DNA of 64,000 nt from an uncultured bacterium (GCA_965662235.1 CBFIGY010000003.1:194297-258296); one strand, 5' to 3'. Positions 39,871 through 49,923 are shown, counted from the stretch's first letter. The notes: a model not told the origin generated them from the letters alone. A program made the numbers and translations.

Positions 39871-41142
39871 TCAAGCGGCTATAGGTGAGGTGGAATCGAA
39901 GTAGTTCTGAAACTCTTCGGGGAACTTGGAGACAAAGCTCATGATCGGGAACGCCGCGGCATCGCCCAAGGCACAAACGGTGGTGCCGGACATGTTCTGT
40001 CCAACCCGGTGCAGGCGCTTCAGTTTGCGGTCGCTTCCGTTGCCAGAAAGGAAGTCCCGGAGGATCTGACGAGCCCAGTGGGTGCCCTCTCGGCAAGGAG
40101 TGCACTGTCCGCAGGATTCGTGGTTGTAGAAGCGGGTGATCCGATGGAGCAGCTGCACGACGTCTGTGTCTTCATCAAAGACCATCATCGCCGAGGAGCC
40201 CATCATGGAGCCGATCTTGGAGAGGCCATCGAAGCTGTAGGTCACATCAATTTCGTCAGCCCGAATCACTGGGGAGGAAGAGCCTCCGGGGATCACCCCC
40301 TTGAGCTGCTTTCCACCACGGATGCCGCCTCCGAGGTCATAGATGATCTCTCGGATGGTGGCGTTCATGCCGACTTCATACACTCCCGGACGGTTGACGT
40401 GTCCGCTGAGGCTGACCAGGTGGGTTCCTGCATTGTTTTCAGGACCATGGGCCTTGAACGCCTCCGGACCTTCATTGAGGATGTAGGGCAGGCAGGTGAG
40501 CGTCTCGACGTTGTTCACGGTGGTGGGGCAACCGTTGAAGCCGGAGACGGCTGGGAACGGAGGCTTCACCCGCGGATGGCCGCGCTTTCCCTCCAGCGAG
40601 TCCAGCAACGCGCTTTCCTCTCCGCAGATGTAAGCGCCTGCACCCGTGTGCACCGTCAGGTCCAGCTTGAAGCCGCTGCCGTAAACGTTGTCGCCTAGGA
40701 TGCCAGCTTCATAGAGTTCATCAATGGCGGCATTGAGGGACTTGATGGAAGGCCAGTATTCACCCCGGACGTAAATGTAGCCATGGTTGCAGCCAATCGC
40801 AAAGCAGCCAATCATCATCCCTTCCAGGAACTGCTGCGGGTCCTTGAGCATCAGCTCGCGGTCCTTGCAGGTCCCTGGCTCTGACTCGTCCGCGTTGCAG
40901 ACCAGGTAGCTTGGCTTGCCGGTTCCCTTGGCCATGAAGCTCCACTTCATGCCGGTGGGGAAGCCTGCACCTCCGCGACCACGGAGTCCGGAGTCCTTGA
41001 CCACCTGAATGATCTCATCCGACTTCATGCCCAAGGCCTTCTTCAGGGCCTTGTGTCCTCCGGAAGCGAGGTAGCCTTTGAGGGATTTGTCGTAATCGGG
41101 ATTCCGGATGTTCCGGAACAGCACCAGGGTTTCTTCAAGCAT
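39871..41142 (-). CDS. nuoF: NADH-quinone oxidoreductase subunit F
   Basis: GLRGRGGAGFPTG, NADESEPGT, GAGAYICGEE, ESCGQCTPCREG...CALGDA. Confidence 0.97.
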   Translation of the reverse strand: MLEETLVLFRNIRNPDYDKSLKGYLASGGHKALKKALGMKSDEIIQVVKDSGLRGRGGAGFPTGMKWSFMAKGTGKPSYLVCNADESEPGTCKDRELMLKDPQQFLEGMMIGCFAIGCNHGYIYVRGEYWPSIKSLNAAIDELYEAGILGDNVYGSGFKLDLTVHTGAGAYICGEESALLDSLEGKRGHPRVKPPFPAVSGFNGCPTTVNNVETLTCLPYILNEGPEAFKAHGPENNAGTHLVSLSGHVNRPGVYEVGMNATIREIIYDLGGGIRGGKQLKGVIPGGSSSPVIRADEIDVTYSFDGLSKIGSMMGSSAMMVFDEDTDVVQLLHRITRFYNHESCGQCTPCREGTHWARQILRDFLSGNGSDRKLKRLHRVGQNMSGTTVCALGDAAAFPIMSFVSKFPEEFQNYFDSTSPIAA

Positions 41143-41151
41143 GGCGGATCT

Positions 41152-41628
41152 CTAGGCTTGGGTACGCAGTTGTTCAATCAGCTGATCCATTTTCTCTGGA
41201 GTCACCTGCTCATGATAGTCTTCATTCACAATCACTGCTGGCGCGTAGCTGCAGGCGCCAATGCACTCCATTTCCTCAATGCTGAACAGCCCATCGTCAG
41301 TGGTGTATCCGGCGTGGACGCCCAGACGTTCCTCGGTGTGCTCGAGCAACTCCGTGCCGCCCACCAGGCAGCAGGGAACACAGGTGCAGACCTGAACGTG
41401 GTACTTACCAGGCTTCTTGAGCTTGAACATGGTGTAGAAGGTAATCACTCCTTCCACATGGGTGGAGGTCACTTCGCAGAGCGTGGCCACTTCATTGATG
41501 ACTTCCGGCGTCAGGTAGCCGTCGTTGTCTTTTTGCGCCAGGTGCAAAACGGGCAGCAGCGCATTTCGCCGAATGGGGTAGCGGCTGAGGACGTGATCAA
41601 TCTGTTTCTGAATTTCAGGAGAAAACAA
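41152..41628 (-). CDS. nuoE: NADH-quinone oxidoreductase subunit E
   Basis: LLPVLHLAQ, TFYTMF, CTCVPC...CIGAC [2Fe-2S] ligands; TTG start. Confidence 0.94.
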   Translation of the reverse strand: MFSPEIQKQIDHVLSRYPIRRNALLPVLHLAQKDNDGYLTPEVINEVATLCEVTSTHVEGVITFYTMFKLKKPGKYHVQVCTCVPCCLVGGTELLEHTEERLGVHAGYTTDDGLFSIEEMECIGACSYAPAVIVNEDYHEQVTPEKMDQLIEQLRTQA

Positions 41629-41912
41629 GCGGGCCTCTCGGTATTTCGTGCGGTGCCTTCCAGCAAAGTTTAGGGCAAAACAAAAAATGTTCTACCAAAC
41701 CCCACGGAACAATCAATTGAAAAACAGTTGGACGGTGGGAATCCTGACGTCGCCTCCGGGCGGTTTTTTCCGAGCCTCCACCCGCGAGCGCCTGCAGAAC
41801 GGGGGCAACGGATCTCTCTGCTCGCACATTTCCGGAAACCGGTCTATGGTGCAGGGTTACTGAATGCACCCCCTGCAGAGGACCACCCCTCTCCTGTGGT
41901 GTTCCCGCCCTC

Positions 41913-43187
41913 ATGACTTTTCCCGAAAGAAAGGCGGCTGACGTCTTGTCCTCACCCACAGTTTCTTCCTCTTCCTTGGCCCCCAAAGAGCTGGGCATGG
42001 GAGAGTTTGTCATCCTTGCAGCCATGATGCAATCACTGGTTGCCCTCTCCATTGACGCCATGCTCCCAGCCCTTCCGGAGATCGGGCACGACCTTCAGGT
42101 TGAACGCGCAAATGACGTCCAGCTCATCATCATGGTCATGTTCATGGGGTTTTCTCTGGGGCAGATGATCTACGGTCCCCTTGCAGACAGCCTGGGTCGT
42201 AAGCGCCCGGCCTTCATCGGCTTTGGGATTTACCTCTTTGGCACCGTCATCTGCGCCTTCTCCGGAAGCCTCTCGGTGCTGCTGACCGGTCGGTTCCTGC
42301 AGGGCATTGGCATCGCTGGCCCCCGGACCGTGATGAACGCCATTGTCCGAGACCGGTTTGATGGCCCCGACATGGCCAAGGTCATTTCCTTCATCATGGC
42401 CGTCTTCATTCTGGTTCCGGCCATTGCCCCCACCATTGGGCAGGGCATGATCTGGCTTGCCGGGTGGCGGTCGATCTTTGCCATGTTCCTGGTGCAGACC
42501 CTGCTGGTGCTCACCTGGTTTAGCCTCCGCTTAGAGGAAACGCTTCCTCCGGAACGGCGGACTCCGCTTTCGCTCAAGAACTCCATCCGAGGCATCCAGG
42601 AGGTCTTCCGGATCCGGACGGCCCTAGGTTACACCATCTGCACCGGGCTGGTGTTCAGCCCCTTTTTGGCCTACCTGAGCGCGGCTCAGCAGATCTTCTC
42701 CGGAGTGTTTGATCGGGCAGAAGACTTCCCCTACCTGTTTGCCATCCTTGCCCTTTCGCTGGGAGCGGCTTCGTTTGCCAACTCCCGTTTGGTGTCCCGC
42801 TTCGGCATGCGACGGTTGTCCATGATCAGCATTTCCTTCTACTCGGCAAGCGCACTGGTCTTCTGGCTGCTGCTGCTGACGGTGCTTCCGGAGCCACCGC
42901 TGGTGGTTTTCATGGGGTACCTGATGCTGACCTTTTTCTGCGTGGGCCTGCTGTTTGGGAACCTGAACGCCATGGCCATGGAGCCCCTGGGACACATTGC
43001 CGGCGTTGGCGCGGCGGTTGTGGGCACGCTTTCCATGCTCATCTCCATTCCCATTGGCATCCTCATTGGCCAGGCCTTTGACGGCACCATCCGTCCCCTG
43101 ATCACCGGATTTGCCGTCTGCAGCACCGCCGCAGCCTTGCTGATGGCTCGCACCCAGCGTCTCAAGGAGGATGCCCCCACTCGGTGA
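41913..43187 (+). CDS. Bcr/CflA family MFS efflux transporter
   Basis: LSIDAMLPALP, GPLADSLGRKR, GRFLQG, PAIAPTIG, WRSIF, EETL. Confidence 0.9.
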   Translation: MTFPERKAADVLSSPTVSSSSLAPKELGMGEFVILAAMMQSLVALSIDAMLPALPEIGHDLQVERANDVQLIIMVMFMGFSLGQMIYGPLADSLGRKRPAFIGFGIYLFGTVICAFSGSLSVLLTGRFLQGIGIAGPRTVMNAIVRDRFDGPDMAKVISFIMAVFILVPAIAPTIGQGMIWLAGWRSIFAMFLVQTLLVLTWFSLRLEETLPPERRTPLSLKNSIRGIQEVFRIRTALGYTICTGLVFSPFLAYLSAAQQIFSGVFDRAEDFPYLFAILALSLGAASFANSRLVSRFGMRRLSMISISFYSASALVFWLLLLTVLPEPPLVVFMGYLMLTFFCVGLLFGNLNAMAMEPLGHIAGVGAAVVGTLSMLISIPIGILIGQAFDGTIRPLITGFAVCSTAAALLMARTQRLKEDAPTR

Positions 43188-43264
43188 CTTGCATTTGCAA
43201 AGGGTTGAGGGCTTGTGTAAGGTAATTTGGCTATTGTCACGGACCCCTTTCCCCCTACCCAGCC

Positions 43265-43759
43265 ATGCTCCGGAAACCGGTCAAGCACGAAGAGAAAATG
43301 TCCGCCGGACTGAAATGGTCCATCATTGGCGGAGGGACGGTTGCCGGGATCGGCATTGTCATCGCGATCCTCAACACCTACACCGATGTCTTTGAGGACG
43401 TCTTCACGCCCAAGCCCAAACCGGTGGCCATCAACTACATGGAACCTGATGAGGTCAGTGACGAGACGCCGGCCAAGAAGCTCTCGGACGAGGTCCGCAA
43501 CGCTTACAACCAGGTCGATCGCGTCCGCGCCGAGGTCACCATGGGCAGCACCTGCACCGTTCAGATGCACGTCAGCCAGGGTGTGCTGGCCCAGTGGACG
43601 AGCAGCAAACAGATTGTGGAAGGGGTGTTGAGCGACGTCCGTCAGCGCGCCCGGAAGCACTCCCGAAGCCGCTCCTGCGTCGTGGACGTGGTCAGCGGGG
43701 GGGACATCAAGGTCCGGGCCCGTCCCAAGGGAGAAGGAACCCGCTTCGAGTATTACTAA
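43265..43759 (+). CDS. Hypothetical single-TM protein
   Basis: 164-aa ORF filling the gap in a + strand gene run, with an N-terminal TM segment; no family recognised. Confidence 0.7.
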   Translation: MLRKPVKHEEKMSAGLKWSIIGGGTVAGIGIVIAILNTYTDVFEDVFTPKPKPVAINYMEPDEVSDETPAKKLSDEVRNAYNQVDRVRAEVTMGSTCTVQMHVSQGVLAQWTSSKQIVEGVLSDVRQRARKHSRSRSCVVDVVSGGDIKVRARPKGEGTRFEYY

Positions 43760-43774
43760 AGAGGAACCGTTTTT

Positions 43775-44353
43775 ATGTCTCAGCCAACCTACGTCACTGC
43801 TCTCGACCTTCCGGAACTGCCTCGCGACCAGCTCAGTCCGGAAATCCGCGCCTACTTTGAAAAGTGCGATGAGAAGCTCGGTTTTGTGCCGAATGTTCTC
43901 CGGGCGTACGCCTTCAATGAGGACAAGCTCAAGCCCTTCATGGCCATGTATGATGACCTGATGCTCGGGGAGTCGGACCTGTCTAAGCTGGAGCGCGAGA
44001 TGATCGCAGTGGCGGTTTCAGCGGTCAACCGATGCTTCTACTGCCTCACGGCTCATGGAAACGCCGTCCGTCGCCTGAGCAAGGATCCGAAGCTGGGGGA
44101 GTTGATGGTGATGAACTACCGCATTGCAGAGCTTGAGCCCGCGCAACGGGCCATGCTGGACTTTGCCGTCAAGCTCACCGAGCGGCCTCACGAGGTGCTT
44201 GAAGCCGACCGGGAAGCCCTCCGGGAGCACGGTTTTTCCGACGCGGCCATCTGGGACATCTGCGCGGTCGTGGGCTTCTTCAACATGAGCAACCGGGTCG
44301 CTTCTGGCGTCGACATGCAACCCAATGAAGTCTACCATGAACAATTCCGCTGA
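43775..44353 (+). CDS. Peroxidase-related enzyme (AhpD/CMD family)
   Basis: EKLGFVPNV, LSKLEREMIAVAVSAVNRCFYCLTAHG, FFNMSNR. Confidence 0.92.
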   Translation: MSQPTYVTALDLPELPRDQLSPEIRAYFEKCDEKLGFVPNVLRAYAFNEDKLKPFMAMYDDLMLGESDLSKLEREMIAVAVSAVNRCFYCLTAHGNAVRRLSKDPKLGELMVMNYRIAELEPAQRAMLDFAVKLTERPHEVLEADREALREHGFSDAAIWDICAVVGFFNMSNRVASGVDMQPNEVYHEQFR

Positions 44354-44359
44354 GGCTGT

Positions 44360-44728
44360 GTGAACACTGACATCAAGATCCTCTTGGTTGATGACTTCAA
44401 GCTCATGCTGACGGTCTCCACCACCATCCTCAACAGCCTCGGCTTTCATCAAATCCAGCTGGCTCACAATGGGCGAGAAGCCTGGGAGCGCCTGCAGCAG
44501 GAGCCCTTCGACCTGCTCATGACCGACTGGGACATGCCGGAAATGAACGGAGGGGACCTGATCAATGAGGTCCGGAAGCATCCGGAACTGGAGAAGCTGC
44601 CCATCTTGGTCATCACCGGAGACAACCACTACAGCCAGACCGCCATGGACCGGGGCGCCAACGCGGTGCTGCTCAAGCCGTTCAAGGAGAGTGTGCTCCG
44701 GGAGCGCTTGGAAGAGCTGGGCTTCTGA
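44360..44728 (+). CDS. Single-domain response regulator (CheY-like)
   Basis: ILLVDD, TDWDMPEMNG, ILVIT, LKPF. Confidence 0.9.
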   Translation: MNTDIKILLVDDFKLMLTVSTTILNSLGFHQIQLAHNGREAWERLQQEPFDLLMTDWDMPEMNGGDLINEVRKHPELEKLPILVITGDNHYSQTAMDRGANAVLLKPFKESVLRERLEELGF

Positions 44729-44741
44729 CCCTCAAGCACTT

Positions 44742-45875
44742 TTACGGAGCGTAGCCGGTCAGCTCCACATACCCTCGCCCCTGGACCGGCTGTCCCCCAG
44801 CGGTTCCCGACACATCCACGGCCCCTTCCCAGTAGTACACCGACACTCGAAGCTCCTGATCACGCTGAACCGGCTGCACCGTCAGCTGGAGCTCACCGTC
44901 CATGCTCTCCAACGTCCAACCGGAAGGGTACACGGCCCCGGTGTGCGGACTCGTCCACCGGCCCGTTGGGCTCAGCTCCACCTCCGCACGGGTCAGCTTC
45001 CGTGATGAGCCGTCCGGCGCCACCCAGACTCCGGCACTGGTCCGATCGGGGGTGCCATCTTCCAGTCGGAGCTGGTAATACATCACCTCGCTGCCATCAG
45101 AGAGCTGCAGGGCAAACCAGTCCCAGCCACTCTGTCCCGATTCCAGAGCACTCGTGCTCCACTCTCGGTCCATCCAGCTCGTTCCGGTGACCGGAAAGGA
45201 CCTCTCGCCCAGGGTCACGGAACCGTCTGCCTGCAACCGGGTGTATGAGTAATAGTAGGAGGCGTTGCCTTCCTCTGCTCCTTTTTGGCTGAGACCGCGG
45301 TTTCCCTGCAGCACCCGAGGCTTCAGTCCCACCAGGCTCAGCTCCAAGCGAACCTCATCCGCTTCGGCCACCAGCCGCATGGGCAGATCAGGATTCGCCC
45401 CCTCTCCTGAGACCGACCAGTCTTCCAACCAGACCTGAAACGGTTCCGCCTGTGCTCCAGCCAACCCGCCTCCTGTGCGGCTGAAACGCTCGAAGTAGTA
45501 AAACTCCTCCTCCTCCGGATTGGTCACAGCAAAGTGTCCCATGTACACCTGATTGGCCGCCCAGGTATTTTCCGGAGCCTCAGGAGACAGTGGCGCCAGG
45601 GCATTCCGGAACAGCGTGAACTGGTACCCGAAGCGACGTCCCTCCGCCGTGGTCAGGTTTCCGGTGAAGTACCACCACTCATTCCGGAACTCCGGATGAG
45701 GGCCATGATCCTGGGGAAACACAAACGGTCGGACTTCCACTGCCCGGGCGTAGCCTTCACTGCTTCCTCCCAAGGCTTCCGCAACCTGCAACGCCGAAGA
45801 GGAGGGATCTGACTCCGGACGGTTGTCACACCCTGCCAGCAGCAAAACGGACAGCAGCACTAGGATTCCTTTCAT
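44742..45875 (-). CDS. AttH/CrtC-like lipocalin-domain lipoprotein
   Basis: Lipobox LLAGC; FPQDHGPHP..RNEWWYFTGNL, WMDREWS, GWDWFALQL, YWEGAV, GYVELTGY. Start ATG 45875 after GAGGAG. Confidence 0.88.
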   Translation of the reverse strand: MKGILVLLSVLLLAGCDNRPESDPSSSALQVAEALGGSSEGYARAVEVRPFVFPQDHGPHPEFRNEWWYFTGNLTTAEGRRFGYQFTLFRNALAPLSPEAPENTWAANQVYMGHFAVTNPEEEEFYYFERFSRTGGGLAGAQAEPFQVWLEDWSVSGEGANPDLPMRLVAEADEVRLELSLVGLKPRVLQGNRGLSQKGAEEGNASYYYSYTRLQADGSVTLGERSFPVTGTSWMDREWSTSALESGQSGWDWFALQLSDGSEVMYYQLRLEDGTPDRTSAGVWVAPDGSSRKLTRAEVELSPTGRWTSPHTGAVYPSGWTLESMDGELQLTVQPVQRDQELRVSVYYWEGAVDVSGTAGGQPVQGRGYVELTGYAP

Positions 45876-45877
45876 GG

Positions 45878-48448
45878 TCACTCCTCTCTCAAGGCAAGGG
45901 CGGCAGGGGTCTGGGCCATGCGCCACGCCGGATACAGTCCGGCCAGAACAGCAGCAATGACCGCCAGCAAGACGCCCTCCAGCAGGGTTTGTTCGGAAAC
46001 CACCGTTGGGAAGGTCCAACCAAAGGACCGCCGGTTGATGACATGAATCAGGACGCTGGCCAGCATGACCCCAACCGGCATTGCCAGAAGGCCCGCAACC
46101 AGTCCCATTAGGCTGCACTGCCCGGTCACCAGCGCCCACAGCTGCCGGGGGGTCATTCCGGTGGCCCGCAGCACCCCCAGCTCACGTTGACGCTCCAGCT
46201 GCAGTGCCATCAGTGCGCTCAGGACTCCGACAAACGCCACTCCCGCCACCAGCAGCTGCAGCACCCCCGTGATGGCAAAGGTCCGGTCGAAGATCGCCAG
46301 ACTCTGCTCCCGGAGGGTCGCATTTGAACGGATGATCACGTCTTGGGACACGCTGCTTTCTTCCGCAGAAGACTTCCCGGCCTGGGCCAAACGATCGGTC
46401 ATCAGGTTCAGCACCGCCTCCACCGACTGTCCGGGCTCTAGGTGCAGAGCCATGGAATTGCTCCGGAGGTCCTGCCAGTACTGTTCAAACTGGCGACGGC
46501 TCATCAGCGCAAACCCGCGCTCTGAGGCATAGTCCAAGAAGACTCCGGAGATGAGAAATTCCACCGGCCCCTGCGGAGTCGTCAGGGTCAGGCGGTCGCC
46601 GGCCTGCAGCTGTTCCCGGTAGGCCAGCGGTTCCGAAATCACCACACGGGGGGTGGTCTCAAAATCTGTCCAAGCGGTTTCTCCCAGCTCCTCCTTGAAT
46701 CGATACGAAGCATACCCTTCTTCCGGAAGGTTGAGGGCAATCACCCGCAGTTCGCCCTGATCGGACTCCACGTTGGTGCCCCGGTAACGAGTGGTGTAGC
46801 GCACCCCGGGGGTCTCTGAAAGCACCTGCAGCACCTGCTCATCCAGGAAGCTCTCTGAGCGGTTAGACACCAGTGCTGGCGGTGAAACGTAGATGTCGGC
46901 CCAAAGCTGAGACCCCAGCCACTGGTGGACCGTCGTCCGGAAGCTTCCGACCATCACCTGCAACCCAATAGCCGCAGCCACGGCGATCATCAGGGCAGCG
47001 ATGGCCACCCCGGTTCGGCTCAGCTCCGCCTGCACGCCCCGGACGCTCATGGTTCCAAGCAGCCCCAGTCCTCGGCTGGCCAACGGACTCAGGAGCCGCA
47101 TCAGCACCACTGTCAGCAGCGGCGTCAGCAGTGCCACTCCCACCAGCACCGAAAACAAGCCCGTGTAGCTCACCGGCAGGCTGGAGGTTTCCAGCCTCAG
47201 CAAGATTCCTCCGACCACCACCAGCAGGCTCCCTAGCAGCGCCGCGCCCACCTGCAAACGCCGGTGCGATGATTCCGTCACGGAGCGTGTCAGCACCGTT
47301 TTGGGAGCAATTCCAGATGCTTCCAGCGCCGGTGGTAACACGGCCAGCAGCGTGGCCCCGAGTCCGAGTCCGAGCCCTTTGAGGAGCGACTCTGCCGCCA
47401 AGTTCACTTCATTGACATTGAGGACAAAGTAGAGGTCATTGATCGTCTGTGTCACCAGCCGGACCAGTTCCTGTGCCAAAGCAATGCCCCCGGCCAGGCC
47501 CAGCGCGGTCCCCAGCACACCGACCACCAGGGCCTCCCCGAGGACCATGCCAAACACCTCCCGACGGGTGATCCCCACCGCGCGCAGTCTTCCGAGCAGC
47601 GGATAGCGTTGCACCACTGAAAACGTCATGGTGTTGTAGATCAGGAACATACCGACCACCAAGGCCAGCAGACTCAAGGCCTGCAGGTTGAGGCGGAACG
47701 CTTCAGTCATCTTGGCACCTGCGTCCACCCGACTGGAAACCGGCTCCAGCCGCACCCCCGGAGGCAGAGCGTCTTCAAAGCGCTGCAGCAGTGCTGAGTT
47801 CTCGCCTTCAATGAGGACATCAATGCGGCTCAACCGTCCCTCCAGGCCCAACACGGTTTGGGCCACTGAAAGGTCCGTCAGCAGAAGGTTCTTCAGGGCC
47901 TGCCGGTTGAATTCGTTGTCTGGAGTGAGCAGCCCGATTACTTCCAGCTCGTGGGTCTGGCTTCCCACCCGAACCTCCAGGCGGTCTCCCAGCTTCACCC
48001 CCAGTTGCTCGGCGGTTCCTGCTGAAAGGATCAATGCGTTGGGCTGAGTGAGGAGTTTGGCCAGGGTGCCATCGGTGCCGATGCCGGCTAGGTAGGGACG
48101 AAATGGAGCTTCGGCGAACGGGTCAACACCCAGGAGCTGAAACGCCTGCCCCGCCTGCCTCGGCAGTCCCACGTACCCCTCGACAATGGGCGCCGTCTGC
48201 CGCAGCTGGTGGTCCCGCCGCAGAGAGACGTAGAGGTGCTCCGGAACCTCGCCATCAGCCGACTGAATCTGGTGGGTGGCTCGTCCACTGACGCTTTCCA
48301 CAGACAGTTCAAAGGAACGGATGGCGCTGGCGTTGGTCAGGTCCACAGAAAGGACCACAGCCACTCCGAGGGCCACGCCGAGCACCGACAGCCCAAACTG
48401 CCAGGGGTGACGCAGGAGGTGGCGCCAACTGGAGAGGAAAAGCAGCAT
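45878..48448 (-). CDS. FtsX/MacB-type ABC permease, double-domain (AttF/G-like)
   Basis: Two MacB_PCD+FtsX repeats: GVALGVAV, IYNTMTFSVVQR...LRAVG, ERQRELGVLRATG, INRRSFGW, YPA. Confidence 0.9.
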   Translation of the reverse strand: MLLFLSSWRHLLRHPWQFGLSVLGVALGVAVVLSVDLTNASAIRSFELSVESVSGRATHQIQSADGEVPEHLYVSLRRDHQLRQTAPIVEGYVGLPRQAGQAFQLLGVDPFAEAPFRPYLAGIGTDGTLAKLLTQPNALILSAGTAEQLGVKLGDRLEVRVGSQTHELEVIGLLTPDNEFNRQALKNLLLTDLSVAQTVLGLEGRLSRIDVLIEGENSALLQRFEDALPPGVRLEPVSSRVDAGAKMTEAFRLNLQALSLLALVVGMFLIYNTMTFSVVQRYPLLGRLRAVGITRREVFGMVLGEALVVGVLGTALGLAGGIALAQELVRLVTQTINDLYFVLNVNEVNLAAESLLKGLGLGLGATLLAVLPPALEASGIAPKTVLTRSVTESSHRRLQVGAALLGSLLVVVGGILLRLETSSLPVSYTGLFSVLVGVALLTPLLTVVLMRLLSPLASRGLGLLGTMSVRGVQAELSRTGVAIAALMIAVAAAIGLQVMVGSFRTTVHQWLGSQLWADIYVSPPALVSNRSESFLDEQVLQVLSETPGVRYTTRYRGTNVESDQGELRVIALNLPEEGYASYRFKEELGETAWTDFETTPRVVISEPLAYREQLQAGDRLTLTTPQGPVEFLISGVFLDYASERGFALMSRRQFEQYWQDLRSNSMALHLEPGQSVEAVLNLMTDRLAQAGKSSAEESSVSQDVIIRSNATLREQSLAIFDRTFAITGVLQLLVAGVAFVGVLSALMALQLERQRELGVLRATGMTPRQLWALVTGQCSLMGLVAGLLAMPVGVMLASVLIHVINRRSFGWTFPTVVSEQTLLEGVLLAVIAAVLAGLYPAWRMAQTPAALALREE

Positions 48449-48808
48449 TATGTTTCCGATGAAGCGGTTTCACAGAATTCGGGCGAACGAAGCCTCGTCC
48501 ACCCTGCCGACGTCGCTCCCGGAAGCCGGGGGTTCGTTAAACGATCAATGGCGGAAAAAACATTGTGAAAGCGCCTCCGGCGATTGCAACCCCAAAACGC
48601 CGCGCACCGCTGGATTCCGGTCAAGGCTCAGGAATCGGAGCCGATTTTGTGTCCCAACTTTTGCATGCATCGTTACATTGCAGACCAGACCCGGGACCAA
48701 GTCCATCGGTTCAATTGCGGACTTGACCAACTCTTTCACGGTCTGTAAAACTGGCCTCAAGAGTTTGTGCTTGAGGCACTCCTCAATCCTTGACCCTATC
48801 GCATCATC

Positions 48809-49045
48809 ATGAACCGCACACTCCTTCTGGCGATCATTGGCGTTGTCTCGTACCTGATCGTCCTCATTCCAGGCTACTTCTTCCTTCCTCAAGACTCGGA
48901 TCAGGCGATGATGGAGGAGATGATGGATCCAGGCATTGCTCCTCCCGGAGCCGAGACCCTGGTGATTCCTCCCGGCCCAGCGCCCAACCCAGGGGCCGCC
49001 CCTTTGCTGGTCGAGCCCGGGCCTCCGCCTGCGCCTCAAGAGTAG
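48809..49045 (+). CDS. Small Pro-rich membrane-anchored hypothetical protein
   Basis: 78 aa: N-terminal TM helix, then acidic Pro-rich tail. Confidence 0.6.
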   Translation: MNRTLLLAIIGVVSYLIVLIPGYFFLPQDSDQAMMEEMMDPGIAPPGAETLVIPPGPAPNPGAAPLLVEPGPPPAPQE

Positions 49046-49115
49046 AGCACCCTTCTTCGCACCATGGGGCATCGCCTCATGACTTTTCAAAACCTTTTCG
49101 CTCATGGAGGCCGCA

Positions 49116-49409
49116 ATGTCGGTACACATTACATTCAACAACATTCGCAACTCGAATGCCGTCGAAGAACACGTGAACGAGCAGTTCAAGGACTTGCTGA
49201 AGATCACAGACAGCAAGTACCCGTTTCACGTCAACATGAGCAAGGACAAGGACCGGGAGCTTCATGAAGTTCACATTCACTGCAGCTTCAACCACAAGCC
49301 CCTCGCCAGCAGCGCTGAGCATGAAAACCTCTACAAGGCGCTCTCCAAGAGCATTGATGCCATGCGCTCACAAGTGATCAAGCGCTCGGAAAAACTCCGC
49401 AGCAGCTAG
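49116..49409 (+). CDS. hpf: Ribosome hibernation factor HPF/RaiA (short form)
   Basis: HITFNNI..SNAVEEHV..., ASSAEHENLYKALSKSIDAMRSQV; GGAGG RBS before ATG 49116. Confidence 0.8.
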   Translation: MSVHITFNNIRNSNAVEEHVNEQFKDLLKITDSKYPFHVNMSKDKDRELHEVHIHCSFNHKPLASSAEHENLYKALSKSIDAMRSQVIKRSEKLRSS

Positions 49410-49452
49410 CCCCTCAGTGGCCCGGGTCACCGGGCCTCACCTGGACCCTACC

Positions 49453-49923
49453 ATGAAGCGACTGTTCCTTGGAGTACTGATCGGATTCGGAGCCACGGCC
49501 TCCGCTTGGGCGGGCTGTAGCGGCTCCGGAATGATGGGAGCCACCCCGGAAAATCCCATTATGTCCACGGTTGACATCACATTTTCACCCACTTACTCGG
49601 TCTCCTCCACCTCTGGGACCTCCGGGTGTAAAAACTGGGACTTTGCCCAATGGCTTCGGGAGGAGCGAACACGCTACCTCGCCCAGAATCAAACCGAGCT
49701 TCTGGAGAACATTGCTCAGGGACAGGGCCCGCACCTACAGGCGCTTGCGCAGCTCGCCGGATGCACGCTCCCGGAGCACGCCCTAAGTCAGGTCACTCAG
49801 CAGCATCGCCAGCCGTTGCAAGCCGCCGTTGCTGCCTCCTCGGAAGCCATCTGGTACCATTGGGTGAACTGGACTCAGGCCTCCTTTCCCCAAGCCTCCT
49901 ACTGCCAACACGCCTCCTCATGA
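49453..49923 (+). CDS. DUF3015-like exported Cys-containing protein (copy 1)
   Basis: Signal peptide, STSGTSGC, IAQGQGPHLQALAQLAGC. Confidence 0.78.
   Translation: MKRLFLGVLIGFGATASAWAGCSGSGMMGATPENPIMSTVDITFSPTYSVSSTSGTSGCKNWDFAQWLREERTRYLAQNQTELLENIAQGQGPHLQALAQLAGCTLPEHALSQVTQQHRQPLQAAVAASSEAIWYHWVNWTQASFPQASYCQHASS

Noticed and set aside
45876..46139. Apparent N-terminal extension of the AttH-like ORF
   Set aside because: Overlaps the permease 3' end; the start at 45875 has an RBS and a lipoprotein signal.
48450..48812. 120-aa plus-strand ORF and overlapping 223-aa minus-strand ORF (48545-49216)
   Set aside because: No motifs or RBS; the region reads best as a divergent promoter spacer, and the minus ORF overlaps real plus-strand genes.
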